Assembly (NCBI GenBank): GCA_003614675.1
Contig: ML002284.1
Coordinates: 1 to 47,883 of the forward strand
Direction of reading: 5' to 3'
DNA: 47,883 nucleotides
DNA from: Dimargaris cristalligena
Lineage: Eukaryota
Positions within the stretch are counted from its first letter, which is position 1. Each line of letters opens with the position of its first letter. Made by a program: the position numbers and the translations under genes. Shown piece by piece: positions 1-12,728 of the stretch. A model generated the notes under the pieces. The model did not search any database. It worked only from the letters and a program-made list of their open reading frames with translations, and was not told where the DNA came from.

Positions 1-941
1 AAAAATAGTTTGGCCGGGATATGCTATTAGGGATTAAGCAGGCCCGGCCACAACACTGTAATGTACATAATTGGGGTCGGTGTTTGCATTAATGATTTGA
101 TTAAATTTGGGCATTTTCAAGTTTATACAGGCTGTCATTATAAAGGTATTTTCCATTACACCAAAGAATTATTATTCTGTTACCTCTACAATTGCGGATG
201 GGAAGATAACCACCAATTAAAATATCAGTGCAAAAAATAGAGGACGACAGTGGTAAAGGAGCGTCGCTAATGGCAGCGCGGGCACTTCCAACAATAGTAT
301 ACTTAGTTCTGGTAGCCATAGGCAATACTCCCGGAAACAACTAAATGTCTACGCCTAGGACGAATAATGCGGATGAACACACAAGTAATTGATGTGGAGG
401 ATGCTTTATAAATAACAATAAAGGGATATATCGATAAGTCTATGTAAAAAATAAAAGGGGTATAGAATGGACGCTAAATGGCTAAATGGCGACTATAAGA
501 GTTGCCTTGCCTCTATGTGGCCGAGTATACTAATGATAAAGATATCGAACCAGTGCAGACCATGCTAGAAGACGCTATTCGAAGATATACTGGATGGCCG
601 ATAATACTAGAAGGGTATAATGTATATGGTATGTAGAATAGACGAATCAGGTAGTGGGGATAACTGAAGGAAGGTGGTCCTTTCGCAAAGTGGAATTTCC
701 GTACCTTGTTGGCAGAACTAGGTGATGACGGCACCTGGTTCCCAAAGCCCAACTGGCCTTTAATCCCCTTGGTTATAAAGCATGACGATGAGGTTAAGGG
801 AGGTAGGAAGTGTAAGGAGGGTATGCCATTATTGGGACGGTTTCGAGACCCCCCGATGAAGAGTAATATTTCCCTGGCAAAATGTTTTAAATCCAATGGA
901 GCTCTGAAGGAGCCATGGGATAGGATTCCACCCAACTAGGG

Positions 942-1375
942 CTAATTCCATCTGAATGTTAAAGCATCATTGCTCATATTTCTATCCATATGTTTGAGAC
1001 CCATTCCCTTGAACATGGGTAGGAGGCGACGAAAGTCCATAAAGTTCTGGAATGGACCCAGCTCTTCCGGGGGAATCACGAATAAATCCGCCTTGGAGTT
1101 CCTTTGACGGACCTGATCCAGAAGGATTTGGAGTTGCTGGTTAAAATTGCGTTCATCGATGATCAATCTATCCGAGTCTCCCACTTTTAGGCGGAGGAGA
1201 TAGGTGATGCAAACATCGGGATCACATGTATCCTGTATATTAAGGAGGCCAAATGAATCAGGGGGGAAATTGCAGTAGTGCGCGGTACCCCCAGTAATAT
1301 TTTTATATAGCGAGGCATTGTAGGTCCTTGAAAACCTACGTCTTTGTAGGGCATACGTTGTTCGGTCCTTGCCAT
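942..1375 (-). CDS. Hypothetical spliced protein, about 108 aa (exons 1375-1340, 1232-942); further upstream exons possible
   Basis: ATG at 1375 gives MARTEQRMPYKD, then a GTAGGT donor and an ATACAG acceptor, joining in phase 0 to DTCDPDVCITYLLRLKVGDSDRLIIDERNF...TFRWN*. No family recognised. Confidence 0.4.
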
Positions 1376-4300
1376 AGAGGCCCGCTTTGGGTATTCAATT
1401 AAAATTGTGGCAGGAAATAAGAAAATAATCATGTGGCACGTAAGTTTTGGTGCAAATAGCGGAGGTTAGTGGCTCTCGAACTACCTGGCGGCAAAATGTA
1501 CAGTTTGTGGGCCACATCAATGGAAATGATGGTTGGGCATCCGGCAGATATTGATGAGGGCCTCTCACTTACCTGTGTCATTCTCCGGCGCCTGTATGTT
1601 GAAAAAGCTGAGCGGAGATACACTCATTTTGGTCGAGATAGTTGCTTTTTCTGAAAGTGGCCTAAAAAGTTATATTGAAATACAAGTCGAACGGCACAAA
1701 AAAGTAAACGGTGGACCTGTTAAAATAAATTCCTGATCCGAAGGTATGTGGACAATATAAAATAGCTGAAATCACAAAATCTGAGAAGGTAAAAAGTCGG
1801 AATTTCAAAAAAGTAGTGTGGGAGAAAATGGGCTTAGCACAATGTACGCTGGAACATGACTGGTTGGATAAGGATCCCTATTTATATCCGTACACAATGG
1901 CTAGCCAAGAGGTATTTTGGAGTACTTTATTTTGTATTATTATTATTGAATTTCCGATGTAGACTCAAGGGTGTTTTGCAGGTTTCTTCCAATGAATACG
2001 TGTTGTGAATGCCTGGTTGAATGGTAAGATAAAAAGCCCAACACTCGATTTGACCTATTCAGAGATTTCATAACTACAGGGCTTTCATTTATGATAGCGA
2101 AGATCTCCAAAAATATGTATAGAATATTGGGCTTAGTAGATTTTTTACACTGTCATTTAGAAGTCCCTTAGCATCAAACCTGTAGTCGACCACGGTTTAC
2201 TACGTTTGTTAGAATCCCTTCAATTGGAACAGGCGTTCGGTGGCAATAGCATCTCATTTATTGGAGATGCACTTCTCATTCAGCATTGCGATTTATAGGA
2301 AACTCCCGAATAGATACTAATAGGTAAAGGTGGTAGTATTATGTAAGTAAGGCCATTTCCGATGGATTAATTTAGCTATGCACTTAACACAGTGGGATTT
2401 AGTGATACAATGAAGCAGGTCAATGTTGGTTTAGTACGTGTCTTCCAATTCAACGTCAGACAAAGAAATGTGGGCCATTCATTTGAATGTTTCATGGTCT
2501 GGTACACCATTACAGGAAATGGTATCCTTCAAATGGCAAAATATCGACTCCAGTTTGACTAGCCCAAGGATTCAGGGGCTTCCTAGTGGAATAACATGTC
2601 CCCTGGCTTAGGGTATGGCCCAAACAAGCCCTCAAGTCCTATTGTGTCCTAAAAACGGGTACAAATGGGTTACTTTCATAGAGGGATATATGATGCATAT
2701 AAAACTATCAGTCAGCAAGGTGGGGTAGGGTAATATAAAATGGGCTAACAGATAATAAAATATAACTAATCTGGTAAATATGGTATTGGACTATCTAATC
2801 TACCATAATCTGGCTGGCTTAGACATCTGACCATATTAGGCCTTATAACACCATATTAAGGAGGATTAGATGGCCCGACATATACTTATTATTTTAAATT
2901 CAGTTGCACTATCTAGTAAGATGCAAAATAATTATTACAAATTAGCAATAGCCATTAGCATTTATTTGCACTATTTTATTAACTCTGAGTATAGGTTTTT
3001 CTGGGGAGGGAGGAGTGTAACAGTCCAACCTTCTGTATATGGCTGTACTAGTATCTGACCAATCAGGGACTAGTATGCTACTGGCACTAACGTAAGGTTG
3101 TATGAATTTACCTTACTCGGCCCCCGCTCCCCTAGATGTACTGGGGAGGTTCCTTTCTTACTTAATTATCTCCATTATATTTATTACTTATTAAAGACCT
3201 AATCATCGCAACACTAGTTTAATTGGTATTTACAGGACAGCCAATGTGCCCAGTTTAGCTTCAGTTTACGGGTGATTGAATAGATAGGGGAGTTTATATT
3301 TATCTCAGACTTGGGTTTTTAAATGGGCGGGGTCCTAATCTCTGGTCCATATTCTTATACATATGCCCCCCTCTCTGCGTTGAAACTCCACATTCGAGAT
3401 TTTCGGTTATTTATTTTATGACATGCTGGATCCCATGCCTTAGAAATATATAGGTATATCTAAGCTACATATGCCCTATTTTTATCGGCATTGTTATGTA
3501 GTGTGGTTCCTCAGGCCACTTGGTCATTCTCAGAGATCCAACTTGTTCACTCCGGTAGCTATCCCGCAGCACCTCCCTTATTGGCACTCATAGGTGGGAG
3601 TCAGGCTGGCTGCTTAACAAAATAATTGTTGAGTCAAACAAGGTTCGCGGGCGTACCGTAAATTACATTGCTTCCCCCAATTACATTGCATTTATATTTC
3701 TATATAGTAGGGTTAAATATGAACCCTAGGAATTTACTTGCTCAGCTCAATTAATTATTGCCCAACAGTATCCGGAGGGCTATAGCGGGCCTCTGCAGTC
3801 CATCCTCTAATATAGTCATCCACCAACCCCAGCCTATACCAAGTACGAATAGAATGGCATCTCACCTTTATGGAAAAGTCCCATACACTTATGAATCTAG
3901 AGGCGAGGTACAAATATGGCAATTAGTATTGGGTTGCCAACAACAAACATTTGCATATACCATGGTCATCGTTTCTTGAAACATCGTGTATTTAAGGCAA
4001 GAACGCAAATCATTATGTTTGGTACATCACCAATGTAAGCGTCCTGACGTTGAAGGATCACAAATGCCCAGGTGTTCGGAGGCACGCTACTGGCGACATA
4101 GCACTGTGCGACGATGGCCACAGCTCTTATTCAAATAAAACGCTCTATAGTTGGAATTTTACGGAAAGACAATTGGGTATTCAAACCAACGCTAATTCAC
4201 AGCAGAAAAGAAAACAAGGATACACTTGGAACTAGAAGATTGCTCATTCAATGACGCGGTCTTTTTAGAAATATTTCCTGTCCGGGCAACTGGCTCGACC

Positions 4301-6018
4301 GAGGTAATATTCTAAAGAGGCTCTTGGGAAATGAGGGAGCTCGCTTGTAATGCCCCCTCCTTGCCCTCTGATTATCCATTCTCAGACCTCCTCAACCACA
4401 CTGTACAGGCAGCTATTTTGACCAATGCCTTATGCTATAGCAGGGACTGTTGTCCATCCCCCCTCCCTCCCCAATGCCACCGCTTGGACAATGTCACATA
4501 ATTCGCCCACCATCATCCTAGATCTCCTTACTTGGCTCTATAACCTTTCCATACCGACAGGGTTTTTTCAACCCCTTTTAATTGGCCGACACCCTCTATA
4601 GCTGCAATAGATAATGTCTGTGGGGGTAGATTGTCCACTACCATTTGGAAGCAAAGAAGTTTAGGCGGTGTAAGTTATTTGAGGCCACATGAACCTTCTC
4701 ACCAAGCCAGACCAAGGTTTCCTCCAATCCCCTATCGAGCAGATGGTATGTCGCATTGGTCACCTCGGCTAATGGTGGTAGGCCCGGGCGGATTCCGATT
4801 ATCAAATGGTCTCCCAGCGGAGGTTGAGGATGCGAAAAATAACTGAATTTAAAAAGGATTCTCCAACCTGCTACGCCGAGATTTCACACCCGTCTTCTAT
4901 GATTTCCACTGACTAACCCCTTTCTCGGTAGATGGTATATAATCATGGGTCTCTGTGCTGAAGTTGACTAGGGTCCCATTTTCCCAAGTAGAGTTGGGTG
5001 GGCGCGTGGTTTAGTGCATCTTTCTTCTCAGCCCCCCCCCATACCATGGTCAAAAAGACAAGAAGCTGGGAAGCGAAGCACATGGACGCAACTTGGTGCA
5101 GCTGTATAAGGTGTTATATCGCATGTCAGTGGGAAAGAAATGGTAAAATGTCCTTTGGCCAATAGTGCCGCCATTTGTCTCCGCGAAAAGGGGCTGTGTC
5201 ATACGCCCTGACCGAGCCTTTCCCACAGGTAGCCCATTTAATTGTTACAAAAAATACCGATTTAAGAAAGGCGAGCCTATTTATCTCACCCCCGCATGAT
5301 CCAGAAATTTGGTATTCTGAGGAATTGGGAATATCTACCTTTGGCTAGTCGCAAGCAGGCGTGGGCAATTTCAAGGCTATCGAGCCATTCACTAATGGTA
5401 CCACCTTCGGTAATGTAGGGTATAACTAGGAACACTGCTTGGCCAATGGAGTGAGAAAAACGATGTCCAAATCAGCGATAAACAAGCATTCGAGGGGTTA
5501 GTTCAAAGTCCGCGCCAGGGGCCTTCGGGACTTTCGAATCAAGCCATGGAAGGCCTGTACTGGCTGTAAGATGACCCAGAGGCCTATCAACGCCGAGGGT
5601 TGGTCCAGAAAACCAGCTTTTCATACGCCTGTAGCTTCTTGATGTGATGGGAATAACCCACTTAAACCAGTTTTCGCAATCCAATCCATTCGGTTTACAG
5701 GGGGGAGGGGAGGGTAAAGTATGCCTACTACCAGCTACCTGCAACCAATAATCAATTAGCGGAGGGTTGGTGAAGGCACACGTTAGAGGGAATACCAAGA
5801 GGGAATTACTTGACGTTACTTAGGGCCAACCAGGGTTACACCGAGCGACTTTTAAACACGAAACTGGGCAATGTGCCGCAGATAAATAGTCCATCGGCCG
5901 CCCTTCACTGCAACTCATCACCACTATCTACTGCCCACTCTTCAGACAACCCAATCTGACACCCCCACTACTGTCACCCGCCTTCCCTCTCCTGTTTGTA
6001 TATAAATTCACCAGCAAC

Positions 6019-6195
6019 ATGTCGTCCATTCGTTCAATTCTAGTTAGCTTGGCTATCGCTGCCACTGCCGTACAGGCTCTTCCTGTCATCCAGGCTGACC
6101 AACCCCAGCTTGCCCCCCGCCAGCTAACCGGCGGGAGTTATGACGGGATCTATAATGGATGGTTCAGCACCACCCAGCCCGGTCATTATTGGTAA
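6019..6195 (+). CDS. 58-aa secreted prepropeptide MSSIRSILVSLAIAATAVQALPVIQADQPQLAPRQLTGGSYDGIYNGWFSTTQPGHYW (not in ORF track)
   Basis: AACATG start context. Hydrophobic signal peptide ending VQA|LP, pro-segment ending LAPR, C/T-ending codon bias. C-rich leader with GATAAATA at 5881 and an AT-rich 3' region. Confidence 0.8.
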   Translation: MSSIRSILVSLAIAATAVQALPVIQADQPQLAPRQLTGGSYDGIYNGWFSTTQPGHYW

Positions 6196-6729
6196 ACTCG
6201 CCCCTCACTACTCTCCACCGACACCTCTAATACAGCAATGCTGAGACCAGTTAATAATCCGCGCCCTTCTCCCCACCCCACCCCCTTCGTAACACCTCTC
6301 CAAAGGTTCTCAATTAACCATCGAGTAAAAGATTTGGGTTCTATCTACTCTCGGTAGCCCTGGCTTTTACCTTAGCATCGCGGCTGGTTCGGCGGGCTAA
6401 ATTCAGGGGAAGAGGATATCTACAGTGACCTACCATCGAATTACAGTACTGTCCAGGCATAATATATAGTATTTGCTACTTCCAATAATTATAATTTTTG
6501 AATCATTTGGATTCATATCAACGGGCTCCCCAACCTCCCGAGTCACCGTGCTTACTCTATTTATTACAATCATTATGCTAATAAATATAAAGTTTTATCT
6601 GCATTGGATATTATTAACCGATTGGCAGATGGGAATTGGTGAGAATTAGTGACGGTGTACTTCGGATGGCTTGTGCATAGCCCTTTGGTATACCTCAGAA
6701 CCCAATGCCACTAATCTTGTTCTTAAATA

Positions 6730-6866
6730 TGGGAGAGGTTCAATAAGGCTAAAAACGAAAAATCTATTGGATGAGGAAAATACTGCTGGCTGAAAATGAA
6801 TCACCTACCTATTTTCTCGTATACTTATCATTTAACCCCTTATACGGCTGGGGCCCATTCATGTCA
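6730..6866. mobile_element. Degenerate copy of the ~138-bp MITE-like element
   Basis: TGGGAGAGGTTCAATAAGGCT..AAAATCTATTGGATGAGG..CTGGCTGAAAATGAATCACC..TTATAC aligns by eye to the copy at 9499. Confidence 0.7.
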
Positions 6867-8541
6867 TGAATTAGCCCTGTTAGCCAAAGTAGCATGGTTC
6901 ATTAATCAGTATGGTAATATGGAATTCCGGTGAACATATCTATATGCCAGGTAGGGTTACTCGATTGTATAGTTGCTACTTTCCGAGTGGCTTTGGCCGG
7001 ATATCTCATAATCGGGTGTGTGGTACCTATGAGGTCTACGGAGAACGAAACTTCCCTCTAAAATGCATTTCCTGCTTCGACTAATTCTGCTCGAGTTAGT
7101 TGTATCCGTGGAGTATCGTCGCCAACTATCTCCAGTAGGGGAGGGGCTCAAAAGGTGACATGGCCTTGGGGGATGCCTCAATACGGCAGAAATAGGTGAG
7201 TACCATTCGGACCATTGGCCCTTTAACATTGTTGCCGGGTCCTAGGTGTCAGCATCCGCTTAGATTACATGGGCCTGGCCCATGCACAGTTGTATCGTCT
7301 TTTATGAGATTAATAATGAAAACTTATAGAAGTGGATCCCCCCAAATCGATGAATGTTCATCCAGAGAAAACCTACACAGCCAACGAAAATCAGCCAATC
7401 CGAACCCTTTGCATCGATGCGATTAGTAAAGTACGGCCGTGCAACAGACTACCCGAGCGCCCAATCACCTCATCTAGTCTATGGCCAATGGATTCGGAGT
7501 ATGGGAGGGCCGTACATGTGAGTAAGTGGATGCTAAAGCGGAGCAAGAATGAAGGAGGCTCCTCAAATCATCACTGACTTTTTCTCCCTTCCTTCACAGA
7601 TGCCCTTCAACAGAACAGAGCTTATGTTGAACTAACGATCATCGCCCCTGGATCGACGGTATCTCCATCGTGCAGCCAATGCCCACTTTGGGAGCAGACC
7701 CATGTTAATAAGCCTACCTGTGATATCCAAAATACAGTCTCTGCGAAACCGATGTAATCGATCGCAGTGGACCAAGCAACTGGATTGGCTAGTCAAACTC
7801 CCCTGTTCGTCTAATCGCTTTCCCTGCCCCACGGACGACAAAGTGGGGGCCAAGTAGCCTCCTTGAAACCACCGACTGTTCTTCGGATCGCCCAGTTGGA
7901 TGATGGATGGACGAACGGGCGGGCCATTAAAAGGATGTTTAGTCGTTTTTTTTTGGATCTACTTGGGTCACCCGCTGCTATAAATTATCCTAGAGATGAA
8001 CATTAATGCACTTCCCCCCTCTCCCAACGATCTCTCGGGAATTACCCAATACCCAGTGCCGGTTTGACGTTGAAAATAGGATCGATGGTGCCTATTTTCC
8101 AATAGTGTGCCGTCGCTTATTGTAAAAAGTGGAGTTGAAAAGAGGAGTGAAAATCCTAGATGCCGAATTGTAAGTAATGGCGAGGCCTAAAATATCCCAT
8201 ACATTTGAACATGCGATAAAGGAAGAAGGGTACGAATGGGCTGGACGCGAACAATGCCACCTCTGTATAATTTCGAATATATAAACCCCGCTTTTCCGCC
8301 GGGTTCCTCCCCTTATTATTGCCAAGCCCTATTTAAATCCCATTCTAAACCATATCCCCTACTTATTATATTTCCATCTCCAATTACATAGCCAAGCAAC
8401 AGCTATTCTATATATTAGTTCACCTCACCAATCAACCCCCCACGCCTCGCTTTGACCCCCACTACCCATTAATAGGGACTATTTCTTTTTTGCACACACA
8501 CATACACCCTCATTCGGCCACCCGTTCCGTCGCTCGACATT

Positions 8542-9189
8542 ATGCAGCTGCGTGTATCCCCCATTTTTGTCATGGCCATCGTCGGCACGGCAGCTATTCT
8601 GCCCGCTGGGTTGGCTGTACAATCTGTGCCCGTAGCCCACTCCCCACCCGGTAACCTCACCAAGCGTGAACCAGCGGACGCGGCCTACCTTCCCCGGGTG
8701 GTCCGTTCCGCCGAACCCCCGGTTCCTATAGAACGCCGTGAACCCTGTCTCCTCGAACGCCGCCGTCCCCTTCGCCGTCGTCTGGTATCGAAGGCTACAG
8801 TCGACCAACAGGCGAAGCGGGATCTGATCAAGCGCCACTGCCACCATCCCCGGCACGATACCACGTCGGGAAGTTCAACCAGCACTTCGTCTAGTGGTAG
8901 CAACACCGACAATGGGGAAACCACTGAGGAGGAGGATCTAAACGAGACTGAAAAAGTCACGAGCGGGGGATCCGGTAGTATCAATGGCGAAATGCAAACA
9001 CAGGAATCCACCAATTCCAATGAGGTCACCAGTGGAGGTTTTGGCAATACGACGACCGTCGATACTAGCTTACAACTTCAATCAGTTGATACGAAAATGA
9101 TCCTTAGTAACGGCATGGTGTTAATCAATTCATCTGGGTTTTTCGCTAAGGGGACAAAAGAATTCACCACCGAAGACGGCGCCGACTAA
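8542..9189 (+). CDS. Secreted 215-aa precursor with multiple Kex2-type dibasic sites, a His patch and a Ser/Thr/acidic region
   Basis: N-terminal hydrophobic signal; LTKR|EP, IERR|EP, AKR|D, LIKR|HCHHPRH. Intronless; CTATTTAAA TATA-like element near 8329. Confidence 0.8.
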   Translation: MQLRVSPIFVMAIVGTAAILPAGLAVQSVPVAHSPPGNLTKREPADAAYLPRVVRSAEPPVPIERREPCLLERRRPLRRRLVSKATVDQQAKRDLIKRHCHHPRHDTTSGSSTSTSSSGSNTDNGETTEEEDLNETEKVTSGGSGSINGEMQTQESTNSNEVTSGGFGNTTTVDTSLQLQSVDTKMILSNGMVLINSSGFFAKGTKEFTTEDGAD

Positions 9190-9498
9190 ACTTCAACCTA
9201 CTGCATTTGGGGTTTCAAACTCTTAGGCAAATTAAGCCCGATCACCCACTCCAGTCCGACCGTTATATATTCCTACTACCATTTTACCTTGTTAAATTTT
9301 ATTTCCTGCTTATACACAGATTCGGGTGGTCGCTGTTTTACCCATTTTACCTATTATACTACCGGTCGCTGCCATTTACTTACCTAGTCGACTCACCAAT
9401 CTATAATGATCCATCTATAAATACTTATAATATACATTAAAAATATTTACCCGTCAAACCGCATCCCACTTTTTCATTTCCATCCACTAAACGGCATA

Positions 9499-9636
9499 TG
9501 GGAGTAGTTCAACAAGGTTGTATAACGAAAAATCCATTTGATAAGGCAAATACTACTGGTTGAAAATAAACATCCCACCGATTTTCCCATACACATATTG
9601 GTTAAAACCTTATACAACCAAGCTGAACTTCACTCA
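9499..9636. mobile_element. 138-bp MITE-like element with imperfect terminal inverted repeats
   Basis: Left end TGGGAGTAGTTCAACAAGGTTGTATAA, right end TTATACAACCAAGCTGAACTTCACTCA. 137/138 identical to 45337-45474. Flanked as CA-TA-[element]-TA-TG. Confidence 0.85.
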
Positions 9637-11629
9637 TATGTATGTAACGTATATTTGAGATCCAAATGTGTGGTTGTACTGTGGACTATTCATTTGGTTT
9701 AAGCTTAAAAGTGGGTTTTGAAGAACTGGATATGGTGGGTGCGCATGAATAACCTTGGTGAGTAGCTATGGGTCATTTGGATCAGCTAGGATACTACAAC
9801 CTGGTTGGGTTAGCTAGCACCTATCTGCTAAATGTATCAACCTCTAGGGCTGAAAATAGGGAGCGCCGAATTGGGCACGGGGTCGAGTAGATCAGCTGCG
9901 CAAATGCCCGGGCGGAGTATATTACATGGCCCTTCACTGGGGACATACCGTTAACCAATGAATTGGTAGGTATAAAGCACTGCTGTGTATGAAGCAGTCT
10001 GCCGAGTAATGGGCACTAAGATTAGCTCGCTAAAGCCACATTGCGAGCCGGATTGCTTGGCGAACGGCCTTCACCGTTGCAGGCTATTTGTACCAGAATC
10101 CATGTTACCAATTCGGCTATCCCAGTTATTATGCCCTTGTTAAAAGAGCAGACTTGTTGGGGGAAACTGCGTGGCATTTGACGTATTGAAAAGCCAAGCG
10201 TTTTTGAACTTAACCTACCACCAGTGTGGGTCGGAGGAGAGGAGAAGGGGAGGGGGAAGTGGGCCCAACCTGCCAAAAACACGCCTGGAGACTATGGTTG
10301 TAGTATAATTAGGCGAGTGTATTGGTAAGGCTCGACTACCTCTCGAGATAATCTCAATGTAGGTAGTTGGGCGAGACCTTTCGAAGGATTGCCGAGATTG
10401 ACCATCGCAGCGCTTTGTAAAAAAAGGCCTACGTAGACCATTATCCGGTTCCATACAGAAAGAATCCCTAATATTGCTTCCAAAATTAGGGAGGGCAGAT
10501 AGATGAATGTAGTTTTAACCATATTTTACTATCCAGGGCTATATATGTATGTATATTTATATTAAGATTTACCAACCCCTCTCGGGGATTAAATTACCAG
10601 TCACCTGCCTACATGCGAATAGGACGGAAATGCACGCGAGCGCATTCGGCGGACCAGTGGATACGCTGCCCAAGGCTAGGCAACGCCACTACTAATCTAA
10701 TTCACGCATGCATAAAATAGAATCGAGGACCGTTTAGTAAAGCCCGATAAACCATAACAGCGGCACACATACTAACCGAGCGAATAAACCGTCTACAATG
10801 GCGATGATTATCGGATCTGCTCAAAATAGTAGTAGCAATTCGATACCCAACCCATGCTCTGTGACTAAAGGAAAAAAACTCCGGAGAATAGCCTCACTTC
10901 CAACAACCCTTCGTTTATGGAGGCACGGGTGGAAGATTCAAGTGGGAGGTCATCCTGGTCGAGTGGGTAATTGTACACTTTAACCCAACATAGCCATAAT
11001 GAAAAGGCCGGAGATTGTCGGCTGAAGAGGTTCAATGATCGGTAGATCCTGTCAACCCCCCCCCCAATTATGCGTAAAGGGTCCCTCATTGGAGAGAGAG
11101 AGTCCCGCTGGACCCATTCAATTGGGCTGTAAAATAGAGAAATGCGGGGGGGCTGGGACTCAAGAGGATCGTAGATAGTGAGGTCATGCAGGATAAAGAG
11201 GCTGAATGGATAAAGGCAATTGCATGTCACTGGCAGTTAAAATGACTCGGCTGGATATCAGTCCAATGCACAGACAGACACTTTAGGTCGGGAAGTAGTA
11301 GCTAAATCGAATGGCTGGACCTCGCGGAACTTGGACTGGCCGACAAGGTTGACTATCGAGGTGCGTCCACGGGCCATTGCGGGGGCTATAGCCATGGCCA
11401 CCTGCGACACTATTTAAACCTCCCCCCTCCCGCTTACCGCCTGATATGCCATATAAACTGGTTCAATTGGCCCATTCCCCAAACCTCGGCTCACTAACAA
11501 CCCCATCACCACCTACCATCATCCTCGGCCACCCTCTACTCTGTGACCCACTTAGTCCAACGGACCCATTCTACACCACTTATTTTGGCATTAACCATAC
11601 CATTTGATTACATTACCCCCCCCCATAAA

Positions 11630-12178
11630 ATGCGGTGGACTGTCCTTTATACGGCTACCTTGTTAGCTACTGTTGCCCATTCCTCTACAGGGTCACCCAG
11701 CGCCTCCATACCCTTTAATACCAAGCCATCTGCCCCCGGGGTCCCACCACCATCAGAGCCGCTCTCCCGTTCCCCGAGTCTGCACCACCGCCGGTCACCC
11801 CAACTCAGTCGGGAAATGGCCCATCCCCCTTCCAACCCGGTCTCCACCTCGCTACGTAAACGGACTTTAACGCAACCCGCTAACAAGTGGCACTGGAAGG
11901 AGCGCACTGAAAATGATAATAATCACTACTACTACTACTACCACGACCATGCCCATGACCACGAGGACGACGGCGACGACGACAGTGGCACTAGTGAACT
12001 TATCGACCAAGCTACCATTGACCTTCACGCGAACATCACATTAGCAGAAGACGCCCTTGTTCTCCAAGAAACCACGGAGATAGAAGACAAACTTTCTTCC
12101 CTTAAAATATTTTTTGTACGATTTAATACACTGTTTGGCTGGAAAAAGGGGGGGCACGGTGTATTCACGACCGATTAA
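11630..12178 (+). CDS. Secreted 182-aa precursor with dibasic sites and a Tyr/His/Asp-rich tract
   Basis: Likely start AAAATG at 11630 (MRWTVLYTATLLATVAHS signal). LHHRR|S, LRKR|T, HYYYYYHDHAHDHEDDGDDD. CTATTTAAA near 11410. Confidence 0.8.
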   Translation: MRWTVLYTATLLATVAHSSTGSPSASIPFNTKPSAPGVPPPSEPLSRSPSLHHRRSPQLSREMAHPPSNPVSTSLRKRTLTQPANKWHWKERTENDNNHYYYYYHDHAHDHEDDGDDDSGTSELIDQATIDLHANITLAEDALVLQETTEIEDKLSSLKIFFVRFNTLFGWKKGGHGVFTTD

Positions 12179-12728
12179 AAACCTATGGGTTGGAGTGGTC
12201 TTCTTCACGCAGTTCCCCCTTTTTATTTATACGCACTTTACAACACCCCCATCCGGTCCATAATATAGTACATTTCTCCTCATATGGCAAATGGCATTAA
12301 ATAAAACTGGTTGGTTTCATCGAAATAGAGTTTGGAGTGCGCTAAATAAAATCCGTATATTGAATAGGCCGGCTACATGGTGCTGAGGATACAGAAGGGG
12401 GCCCCACCGTAGATACTACAGCCACAGTTGGCCAAGTAGGGTTTCCCGATATACCTGTGAATAAACCCAGTTGGACAGGTGTGGCAGAATAGCACTAATT
12501 TAGTTTAATTTAATTTGTTTATTTGCTTCCGAGTATTTGTACATACAATAAGACACCTGCATTATAATAAATACCATATGGAAAACCATTTCAACTGAAA
12601 GCTGGTATGCCAAAGGCAATAGGGTCTAATAATATAGTCCTGCGCCACCCGGTGCTTTGAGTGAGCGAAGGGTAATTTCAATAGAAAAAAAAATCTACTA
12701 TGGAGAGATGTTAGGTTCGAAAGTGCCC

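Noticed and set aside
11543-11629. ORF-track N-terminal extensions (also at 13869, 16237, 26431, 46656)
   Set aside because: They start at GTG/TTG or upstream of better ATG contexts; eukaryotic starts were reassigned downstream.
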